NCBI GenBank assembly: GCA_037134095.1
Contig: JBAXMV010000001.1
Location: forward strand, 1-37,676
Length of the DNA stretch: 37,676 nt
Reading direction: 5' to 3'
Source of the DNA: a bacterium
GTDB lineage: Bacteria; Patescibacteriota; Saccharimonadia; Saccharimonadales; UBA4665
The notes under the pieces are model-generated. The model saw only the letters and a program-made list of their open reading frames with translations, searched no databases and was not told where the DNA came from. This document shows, piece after piece, positions 17,770 through 25,158 of the stretch. Each line of letters begins with the position of its first letter. The stretch's first letter is position 1. The translations under genes were made by a program, and so were the position numbers.

Positions 17770-18981
17770 ATGAGCATTTATGAATTTGATGACTTAGCGA
17801 ACGCTCCATTGATAATCGATGCGGTATATAAAAGTAAAAGTACACTATTTGGAGACGGTCCGCTTGGTAAATTATTACCGAAGATAGGCAATCAGGGTGG
17901 TTTTAGGTGTGTTAGAAGACAGGACAGAAGCGGTCAACTTGCGTACATTGTTTTGTACACCACTGGCACAGAAATAGATTGGCCTGATTCACTTGATGTG
18001 GAGACGGGTGTATGGCGTTATTTTGGCGACAACAGAACCCCAGGGAAGTCATTACACGACACTTCCGCTAAAGGTAATCTCTATTTGAGCGAGATTTTTG
18101 CTAAGATCGATTCGCCAACTGAAAGAGCTGATATACCTCCATTCCTAATTTTTCAGTGGGCCGGGAATCAATTTGACGCAAAGTTTCTTGGAGTAGCTGC
18201 GCCAGGTAACCCAAATATTCCACCAGATAAGGAATTGAATGCTATATGGAGATCAAAGAAAGGAAGTAGATTTCAGAATTATGAAGCGTACTTTTCAGTA
18301 TTAGATACTGGCCGCGAAGAAATATCAAAAGAGTGGCTCAAACTCCTGATAAGTGATCATGAAAACAGTCTTTCATTTGCCCCTACGGCATGGAAGCAAT
18401 TTATAAAATTTGGTAGACAGGGCGTTAAGCCTCTTTTATCACCAAGAGGCTCCGAAATTCCGAACAAAGAACAACAATTGCCTCAAGATCCAAGTGAAAT
18501 AAAATTATTGCAGAAGATTCGAGACTATTACAAGGACAATCCATTCGATTTTGAGCTATGCTCTACAAAGATTGTCCAGATGATGGACAATAATTTTGGA
18601 CTGTTTGAGTTAACTCGTCCATGGCGTGATGGAGGTAGAGATGCTATAGGAAAATATAGAGTTGGTAATAATCATAGTCCCTTGTTAGTTGAATTCGCAC
18701 TTGAAGCTAAATGTTACTCGATGGACAATTCAGTTGGAGTCAAACCAATGTCGAGGTTAATCTCTAGGCTAAGGTATCGTCAGTTTGGTGTTTTAGTGAC
18801 TACTAGCTACGTACACTCACAAGCATATAAGGAGATTGTTGAGGACGGTCACCCCGTACTGATAATAAATGCGGCTGATATTGCTAAAATTCTTCGAAGT
18901 CAAGGCATCAACCATCATAACGTCGACGTATGGCTCAGCCAAATTGGGCAAAACAACATAGAAAATGAGAAAGTCGATTAG
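17770..18981 (+). CDS. Restriction endonuclease with a C-terminal Mrr-type PD-(D/E)XK domain and a putative SRA-like N-terminal reader domain
   Basis: The C-terminus GGRDAIGKY...LVEFALEAKCY...FGVLVTTSYVHSQAYKEI...PVLIINAADIAKIL matches the Mrr_cat pattern (D...ExK plus G.lvTTs.fs). The N-terminal AYIVLYTTGTEIDWPDSLDVETGVWRYFGDNR...HDTSAKGNLYL is patterned like the SRA core (AYSxVLxGGYxDDxDxGxxxxYTGxGG...DQKLxxxNxAL). Confidence 0.65.
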   Translation: MSIYEFDDLANAPLIIDAVYKSKSTLFGDGPLGKLLPKIGNQGGFRCVRRQDRSGQLAYIVLYTTGTEIDWPDSLDVETGVWRYFGDNRTPGKSLHDTSAKGNLYLSEIFAKIDSPTERADIPPFLIFQWAGNQFDAKFLGVAAPGNPNIPPDKELNAIWRSKKGSRFQNYEAYFSVLDTGREEISKEWLKLLISDHENSLSFAPTAWKQFIKFGRQGVKPLLSPRGSEIPNKEQQLPQDPSEIKLLQKIRDYYKDNPFDFELCSTKIVQMMDNNFGLFELTRPWRDGGRDAIGKYRVGNNHSPLLVEFALEAKCYSMDNSVGVKPMSRLISRLRYRQFGVLVTTSYVHSQAYKEIVEDGHPVLIINAADIAKILRSQGINHHNVDVWLSQIGQNNIENEKVD

Positions 18982-18983
18982 TT

Positions 18984-20339
18984 ATGACCATCTCCAAAAC
19001 AGATTACATGATGTTCCTCAAGCAACCTGCATGGTTGTGGCTAAAAAAGAATGACCCAAAAAAATTGCCACCAATTGATGAAAACACCCAGGCTTTATTT
19101 GATGCAGGTCATCAATTTGAACCTTATGCTGAATCATTATTTCCTGAAGGCGCTACGATTGGTTTTTCTGATTACAAAGAATATCTATCATTGCCGCAGA
19201 GAACACAAGATGCAATTAATAAGGGTGAACCTGTTTTATTTCAACCTCGTTTTGAATGGCTAGAGTTTACTTGCATATGTGACATAGTTAGCTTTGTAGT
19301 TGATAATGAAGTCGATCTCTATGAGATAAAAGCCAGCACTAGCGCCAAAGTCGAACACGAATTCGATCTTGCATTCCAGACTGCGGTGCTTGAAGGAGCG
19401 GGTCTGAAGGTACGAAACATTTTTGTTATTCACGTCAATAACCAGTACGTTCGAAATGGTCCGGTTGAGGCAGACAAGATAACAATCATCCAGGATGTAA
19501 CGAAAAAGGTTCGTAGCAGGGATGAAGTTACTGCCAAAAATATGTCGCTTGCTGTAGCTGCAGCTAAGCAGAAAACCATGCCCGATCCTTCCCCGACGCT
19601 TGCCAAGCTGGGCTCAAAAAACGATTGGCTTCAAGTTTATGAAAATATTGTGCCTCAAGCACGTATTGAATACCCTGCCAATACTAGACCTACGATCAAG
19701 CACGAATATATAAAAGCATTCTTGGAAGATCTTACGTATCCACTTTACTTTCTTGACTATGAAACCATGAAGGGACTTATCCCTTACTTTGATGGACATC
19801 GACCATACCAACAAGTTCCGTTCCAGTATTCGCTCCACATTATTCAGGAGCTTGGAGGAGATGTTGAGCATCGTGAATTCTTACACCGCGAAAATTCAGA
19901 TCCCTCACGATCACTAGTTGAGAAACTAATATATGATGTAGGCAAAGAAGGCACTATCTTAGTTTGGTACGAACAATTTGAAAAGAGCCGTAACAGCGAG
20001 CTTGGTGAAATGTACCCAGAATATATTCAAGATATGGAATCTATAAATGACAGAGTTGTTGATCTAATCATTCCATTTAAGAAGAAATGGTACGATGATC
20101 CCCGCTTTGAAGGCAGTGCAAGTATTAAACATGTACTGCCAGTACTATGCCCAGACTTAAGCTATAAATCATTAGGGATACAAGAGGGCGGATCCGCACA
20201 ACGTCTTTGGATGGAAGCTGTGCTAGACGATAAACGCTCTGATCAAAAGGAAACAATACTCAGTGACCTAATTGAATACTGCAAACTTGATACATTAGCC
20301 ATGGTAGAAATATTCAAAAAGCTCTTGGAGGTAACATGA
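18984..20339 (+). CDS. DUF2779 domain protein (N-terminal RecB/Cas4-like PD-(D/E)XK nuclease fused to a C-terminal RNase H-fold/DEDD-like domain)
   Basis: The N-terminus ISKTDYMMFLKQPAWLWL and VDLYEIKAST (ExK) mark the nuclease. The DUF2779 signature is YPLYFLDYETM...PYQQVPFQYSLHI, and a late acidic motif YCKLDTLAMVEIF follows. It starts 2 nt after the REase stop. Confidence 0.7.
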   Translation: MTISKTDYMMFLKQPAWLWLKKNDPKKLPPIDENTQALFDAGHQFEPYAESLFPEGATIGFSDYKEYLSLPQRTQDAINKGEPVLFQPRFEWLEFTCICDIVSFVVDNEVDLYEIKASTSAKVEHEFDLAFQTAVLEGAGLKVRNIFVIHVNNQYVRNGPVEADKITIIQDVTKKVRSRDEVTAKNMSLAVAAAKQKTMPDPSPTLAKLGSKNDWLQVYENIVPQARIEYPANTRPTIKHEYIKAFLEDLTYPLYFLDYETMKGLIPYFDGHRPYQQVPFQYSLHIIQELGGDVEHREFLHRENSDPSRSLVEKLIYDVGKEGTILVWYEQFEKSRNSELGEMYPEYIQDMESINDRVVDLIIPFKKKWYDDPRFEGSASIKHVLPVLCPDLSYKSLGIQEGGSAQRLWMEAVLDDKRSDQKETILSDLIEYCKLDTLAMVEIFKKLLEVT

Positions 20340-20566
20340 GCGACAGCACAATATGTAAAAATTGCGGGCATGACGAGTCAAAATGTAATCCAGATGAGAC
20401 ATATCGCTGAGCAAAAGAACTGATTGGATTTAAGAAAACAGCATCTGCTGCACTATTACAGCGCGATCTTAAAATAAGCTACGCCATGTCCGCTGAGATA
20501 CTAGAAAAGCTAGAGTCCTAAGGACTAATTGGCCCAGCAATCGAATTGACGGCAAAGCAACAATGA
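20336..20566 (+). pseudogene. Decayed small gene: CxxC Zn-ribbon plus FtsK-gamma-like winged helix, with two in-frame stops
   Basis: A single frame from ATG 20336 (ATGA overlap with the DUF2779 stop) reads MSDSTICKNCGHDESKCNPDETYR*AKELIGFKKTASAALLQRDLKISYAMSAEILEKLES*GLIGPAIELTAKQQ*. The segment ASxxLLQRxLxIxYxxAxxIxxxLExxGxIGP is the FtsK gamma (KOPS-reader) pattern. It is interrupted by TGA at 20408 and TAA at 20519. Confidence 0.6.
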
Positions 20567-20604
20567 ATGGTTAGCGAGGCTTTAACAGCAAAATTGCAGA
20601 TAGA

Positions 20605-20913
20605 ATGAATTTAACTATCGAGTGCATTCGTCTCTATTATCTTGCAAAGGATAGCCCACTATTTAGTACTCTGAAACGTCATGGCAACTTTTTTGATATA
20701 TTTCAGGATTTCAGGGGCTTCGATGAGTTCTTTTTGCTACAAGATGCTGTATCCGAAGACTTTCAATCAGTAAATATCGCTGTGCCTTTTGATGAATTTA
20801 TGTCACCGCCAATTCCAAAAAACCTAGATGAGTATAGGAATTATCTGGATTCGACGGCAGAATTTGTGATAAAAAGAGGTCAAAGAATTGAGAAATATGT
20901 AAAGAGTGCATAA
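20605..20913 (+). CDS. Hypothetical protein (102 aa), possibly a 5'-truncated remnant
   Basis: The ORF carries no motif I recognise. It is acidic and aromatic-rich (FFDIFQDFRGFDEFFLLQDAV), has no SD, and its frame opens only 10 codons upstream of the ATG. Confidence 0.35.
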   Translation: MNLTIECIRLYYLAKDSPLFSTLKRHGNFFDIFQDFRGFDEFFLLQDAVSEDFQSVNIAVPFDEFMSPPIPKNLDEYRNYLDSTAEFVIKRGQRIEKYVKSA

Positions 20914-20985
20914 GCCTTTTTACGGTTTCTCAAATGTATCATTTACACTTTAAAATGTTCTAGACCAGTACGCTCAGCCAGTTTT

Positions 20986-21015
20986 AAACTCGTCAGTTGG
21001 ACGAGTTTTTTATTT
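20986..21015 (+). terminator. Rho-independent terminator at the right end of the island (may also serve the convergent lipase gene weakly)
   Basis: A 9-bp stem AAACTCGTC/GACGAGTTT with loop AGTTG is followed by TTTATTT. It lies between convergent genes ending at 20913 (+) and 21025 (-). Confidence 0.6.
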
Positions 21016-21024
21016 GACGTGGAT

Positions 21025-22278
21025 TTAAGAAGCGGGTATTGGTAGTGGCTGGTTGCAGGTGTTGGGATTGATTTGTTGGGTGAAACGATCGTTGATCCAG
21101 TTGATTACGTTGGGAGAGATTACAGATGGAATTTGCTGGTGCGATACATTGTTAATCCATAAGGTGTTGATGTTTGATCCGGCTGCACAAGCTCTAGATA
21201 TGTATTGTGCTGTGGTAGCCGGCAAAACTACTTGATCGCTCAAGCTTTCACTTATCTGAATTGGAATTGTTTTAGGCAGTACTGGCGCCGTTTGCATTTT
21301 TATAATATCTTGCCAACGTGAATTATTTAAGAAATCTGAAGTGAAGAATCTCTGACCAGTTTTTTGTCGAACTATTCCGCTCACGGAAGACTCAGCTATA
21401 CATTGTCGGCTCAGCTTCACATATTGATCCTGTACCTTACTGTTGATTATATTGTAGGTACTTAGCGTAGGATAGGCAGTCTTCCAACCTGCAACAAGTT
21501 GCGGTCCAATTACCCAGCTGGCTAGAGTGTCGTATTGTGCATTTAATAAGGATTCAAGTTGAGCTGCAGGTGCAGATGCTGATGTTCCTACAAGTTGGTA
21601 TTCTGGCATATATTCAGAAGCATAAAGTGAACTGAAAAGTGCCGAATGACCTCCTTGAGAATGACCCCAAATTGCATACTGTTTGCTGCTATTATTATTC
21701 GCAATATAGCTTACTGCGCGTACGCTATTTAATACATCATGAGCCTCAGATTTACCAACCAAATACTCGCTTATTCCTGGCGTGCCTAAACCTGCATAAT
21801 CAGTTGCGGTCACTATCCAGCCTTTAGCCAGCATACTACTAATCCAAGGTAGTCTCGATGATGATACTGGTTGTTCCTGCCTAGATGGAGCACAGTTATC
21901 GCCTCCGCCCAATGTGCCATGAGCCCAAGCTACCACTGGATGGGGAGAAGCAGCAATCGTGGCCGGCACAAAAATCATTCCTGAAGTAAATGTAATATCA
22001 TCATTGGCTTTTTGGGTCCTATAAAGTACACGGTAAGCCGTACCATTTTCGATGCCTGTTTGAATAATCTCTTTGCGGAGTATTTCCCCTAAAGGACCTT
22101 GCGTCTGTAATCCGGTAGTATCATAAAATCCGCTTATGGATTTTTGAAACTTATCTATCTTGTATGAATTCCAGAAATATACGCCTGCACTAAATACAAT
22201 AATAGCTAAAATAAATATTAGTACGCGTTTGAACATTTTATGCACATGTTTTTTATTATTTTGCTTATGCATACTCAT
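21025..22278 (-). CDS. Membrane-anchored alpha/beta hydrolase, secretory-lipase (LIP)-like
   Basis: It has an N-terminal TM anchor (VLIFILAIIVFSAGVYFW) and the nucleophile motif WGHSQGGHSALF. The 417-aa size is typical of LIP-family proteins. Confidence 0.6.
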   Translation of the reverse strand: MSMHKQNNKKHVHKMFKRVLIFILAIIVFSAGVYFWNSYKIDKFQKSISGFYDTTGLQTQGPLGEILRKEIIQTGIENGTAYRVLYRTQKANDDITFTSGMIFVPATIAASPHPVVAWAHGTLGGGDNCAPSRQEQPVSSSRLPWISSMLAKGWIVTATDYAGLGTPGISEYLVGKSEAHDVLNSVRAVSYIANNNSSKQYAIWGHSQGGHSALFSSLYASEYMPEYQLVGTSASAPAAQLESLLNAQYDTLASWVIGPQLVAGWKTAYPTLSTYNIINSKVQDQYVKLSRQCIAESSVSGIVRQKTGQRFFTSDFLNNSRWQDIIKMQTAPVLPKTIPIQISESLSDQVVLPATTAQYISRACAAGSNINTLWINNVSHQQIPSVISPNVINWINDRFTQQINPNTCNQPLPIPAS

Positions 22279-22361
22279 ATTCTACTCTATAAGCCTGCTA
22301 GCTAAAATGTTTATTTTGCTTACTAAATACTGTTAAAAAGAAAAACCTAGTAAAAGCTTTT

Positions 22362-22390
22362 TTGTTGAATAACTATCATCTTGCTAGAAT
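22362..22390 (+). promoter_or_regulatory. Candidate promoter (TTGTTG-17 nt-TAGAAT), followed by an SD AAGGAG at 22397-22402
   Basis: The hexamers have a 17-nt spacing, and the SD lies 9 nt upstream of ATG 22412. Confidence 0.4.
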
Positions 22391-22411
22391 GTCAAAAAGG
22401 AGCACTAAGAT

Positions 22412-22876
22412 ATGAGTGAGATATTGCATAGAGTTTATGAACATTCTGATGCTGCTAAATCAAAAATAGCTGTTGGTCTAGCGATGGTAGCCGTTGCGGC
22501 AACTGTCCCAGCTACAGCTGAAGCTGGATCTGCAACATCTGATTACAATGGAGTAGCAGGTATTTTTCACCAACACGTAGGGTATAACCGAGCCACTGGT
22601 GAAGCAAATTGTACTATAGATCTCGATACCTATGATTCACAGCGTAAATCTTTTATCACGATTTTACGTGTTCTTAAATATCAAAAAGGGAAATGGCTAC
22701 AAGACAATAAATTTCCAGAAGTTGATAAATTTGTCTCTTATAAAGACAATACCACCCACGTATCAGCTACATCAAAGGCTCATTACAATAAAGCTACTGT
22801 CAAAAAAGAAGCCGCAAAATATCCAATACGTTTATCTTGTGAGCATGGTGAAGGCGGAATTTCTGTCGGACTTTAG
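22412..22876 (+). CDS. Hypothetical exported/N-terminally anchored protein
   Basis: A good SD precedes it. A hydrophobic segment IAVGLAMVAVAATVPATAEA looks like a signal peptide or anchor. No domain was recognised. Confidence 0.5.
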   Translation: MSEILHRVYEHSDAAKSKIAVGLAMVAVAATVPATAEAGSATSDYNGVAGIFHQHVGYNRATGEANCTIDLDTYDSQRKSFITILRVLKYQKGKWLQDNKFPEVDKFVSYKDNTTHVSATSKAHYNKATVKKEAAKYPIRLSCEHGEGGISVGL

Positions 22877-22886
22877 ACAATAAAAA

Positions 22887-24350
22887 TTAAACGTTATAGC
22901 TGCCTGAGCTAGTTGTGCCACCTTGGCCTGTCCAATTGGTGTGATGCATTTCGCCTTTTGGTGTGTCTATACGTTCATAGGTGTGTGCACCAAAATAATC
23001 ACGCTGGGCTTGGAGTAGGCTGGCAGGTAATTTAGCGCTGCGATATCCGTCATAGAATGAAAGGGCAGAGCTCATAGCTGGCAACGGTATTCCGGCCAAT
23101 GCTGCTGTAGCAACAGTTTTCCTGAGTGAATCTTGGGAAGTAGTTAATTCTTGCACAAAGAATGGGTCAATTAGCAAATTGGTGAGTGCAGGATTTGTCT
23201 CGTATGCTTCTTTTATTTTACCCAAGAAACGGCTTCGTATGATGCAGCCACCGCGCCACATTAATGCAATGCCGCCGTAATTGAGATCCCAGCCATATTC
23301 TTTGGCTGCAGCACGCATGAGCATGTAGCCTTGGGCGTAACTCACTATTTTAGCTGCATATAGAGCCTGTCTGACGCTTTCAATGAATTCTTCGGCGTTG
23401 TTTTCGAGTTTACTACTTGGACCTTGTAAGATAGCTGAGGCTGCCACACGTTCATCTTTGATAGATGACAAACATCGAGCAAACACTGCTTCTGATATTA
23501 ATGTTACTGGCTGGCCTAATTGAGCTGAATCGACGACTGTCCATTTACCGGTACCTTTTTGTCCAGCGGTATCCATTATTTTGTCTATTAGAGATTCGTC
23601 ATTTTCCTTAAAGGCCAAAATATCGGCTGTTATTTCTATGAGATAACTATCTAATTCACCTTTATTCCATTCATCAAATATCTGAGCAATACGGTCATTA
23701 CTCAGACCTGCGTATTTTTTCAATAAATCATATGCTTCACAGATTAACTGCATATCACCATATTCAATGCCGTTATGAACCATCTTTACGTAGTGGCCAG
23801 CACCGCCTTGCCCAACCCAGTCGCAGCAGGGAACATCGTTATCAACTTTGGCAGATATTTTCTGAAATATGTCCTTTACGTATGGCCAAGCCTCGGGTGA
23901 TCCTCCAGGCATAATTGATGGTCCATGGCGAGCGCCTTCTTCGCCACCGGAAACACCGGTGCCTACGTATAAAAGCCCTTTAGAACTAACGTATTTCTCT
24001 CTACGTGAAGTGTCTGTATAGAGCGAGTTGCCGCCATCAATGATTATGTCGCCTTTTTCTAGCAGCGGGATTAACTTGTCGATTTCTTGGTCAACCGCAT
24101 CGCCAGCTTTAATCATCAACATTATCTTACGCGGGGATTTGAGTGATGATACTAACTCTTCAAGCGAATGTACACCAACAACATTAGTATCTTTTGCTTC
24201 ATTGGCAATAAATTCGTCTACTTTTGAGGTCGTCCGATTATAAGCAGTTACTACATAACCGTTGTCGTTCATGTTTAATATTAAGTTTTGGCCCATAACG
24301 GCCAATCCTACTACGCCTATATCTGATTGATTTTTTTGGTTTTCGTTCAA
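22887..24350 (-). CDS. gnd: 6-phosphogluconate dehydrogenase, NADP+-dependent, decarboxylating
   Basis: It has the NADP-binding GVVGLAVMGQNL, the core HNGIEYGDMQLI and the C-terminal AQRDYFGAHTYERID. A TTG start is supported by a GGAGGG SD 6 nt upstream. Confidence 0.93.
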   Translation of the reverse strand: MNENQKNQSDIGVVGLAVMGQNLILNMNDNGYVVTAYNRTTSKVDEFIANEAKDTNVVGVHSLEELVSSLKSPRKIMLMIKAGDAVDQEIDKLIPLLEKGDIIIDGGNSLYTDTSRREKYVSSKGLLYVGTGVSGGEEGARHGPSIMPGGSPEAWPYVKDIFQKISAKVDNDVPCCDWVGQGGAGHYVKMVHNGIEYGDMQLICEAYDLLKKYAGLSNDRIAQIFDEWNKGELDSYLIEITADILAFKENDESLIDKIMDTAGQKGTGKWTVVDSAQLGQPVTLISEAVFARCLSSIKDERVAASAILQGPSSKLENNAEEFIESVRQALYAAKIVSYAQGYMLMRAAAKEYGWDLNYGGIALMWRGGCIIRSRFLGKIKEAYETNPALTNLLIDPFFVQELTTSQDSLRKTVATAALAGIPLPAMSSALSFYDGYRSAKLPASLLQAQRDYFGAHTYERIDTPKGEMHHTNWTGQGGTTSSGSYNV

Positions 24351-24423
24351 AATTTACCCTCCGTTGTTCATACTATATTAGTATAAACTTTTTTTGGATA
24401 AATCGCACTGTATATAGGGCTAG

Positions 24424-25074
24424 TTAGCAAGGAATATTTTGGGTTTTAGCAAATTGAATTGCTATTTCACGCTTAGCGTTATTGGCAACGGCTAAATCTT
24501 GAGCAAGTTGAGTGGGCTTAGCTGAAATATCTTCGATTGGTGTTTTGGCAATAACATCTGAACACTGGTGATTATTGCTCATAGTATTTACATCAAAATG
24601 TGGTGTTAGATTACTAAGTTTTGCATTTGCAGGGTAGCAAGATACTTCGTTTGCGGCCGCGAGCTTAGAGCTTTTTGCATAAATCTTTGCATTATCGCTC
24701 AAATATTTATAATTTTCAGGTAAATTCGGCTCATATATTCCTCCTCCAGGGCCTACTATTTTAGCCGCCTTAGAATAGTAGGTAGATTCAGCCTGTAATT
24801 CTGCCGAACAAGCACCATGAGACTTCAAACTATCTACGTTTTCGAGCATTTTGTATCGATAAAAATTTTTACTATTGGTAACAGCAATTTCGTGGCCGGC
24901 CTTATCATTTCGGACAGCCATTGAATTGCCGCCCTCATAAACACCAAAAGTAGTTGCGGCTATAGCAATTCCTGCTAAAAGCTTTCCAGCGGGGGTTTGA
25001 ACGTAGCGTTTAGCGCTCTCCATATATTGAGCTATGGTTTCTTTAGGGGGCATATTATGCAATTTGGACATCAC
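24424..25074 (-). CDS. Hypothetical N-terminally anchored, Cys-containing extracytoplasmic protein
   Basis: A single TM segment (LLAGIAIAATTFGV) follows a tail of about 30 aa. Five Cys lie in the predicted external part. No domain was recognised. Confidence 0.45.
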   Translation of the reverse strand: MMSKLHNMPPKETIAQYMESAKRYVQTPAGKLLAGIAIAATTFGVYEGGNSMAVRNDKAGHEIAVTNSKNFYRYKMLENVDSLKSHGACSAELQAESTYYSKAAKIVGPGGGIYEPNLPENYKYLSDNAKIYAKSSKLAAANEVSCYPANAKLSNLTPHFDVNTMSNNHQCSDVIAKTPIEDISAKPTQLAQDLAVANNAKREIAIQFAKTQNIPC

Positions 25075-25158
25075 GCTATTTTAAACTATTTATTGCTTAT
25101 GGTCAATAGTTTCATGGATTATTTGTCACGGTTATAACTAAGGTCTATAATCAGGCAA

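Noticed and set aside
20340-21030. A direct repeat of the tRNA-Gln 3' end (attR) marking the right border of the island
   Set aside because: Only a trivial CAGCCA match (20975-20980) was seen by eye. No convincing copy of 15 nt or more of 8815-8840 is present. A computational repeat search is needed before ruling it out completely.
22632-22883. An 83-aa ORF in an alternative plus frame overlapping 22412..22876
   Set aside because: It has no SD and a lysine/isoleucine-rich product typical of an out-of-frame reading of AT-rich coding DNA. The 22412 ORF has the promoter, the SD and a signal-like N-terminus.
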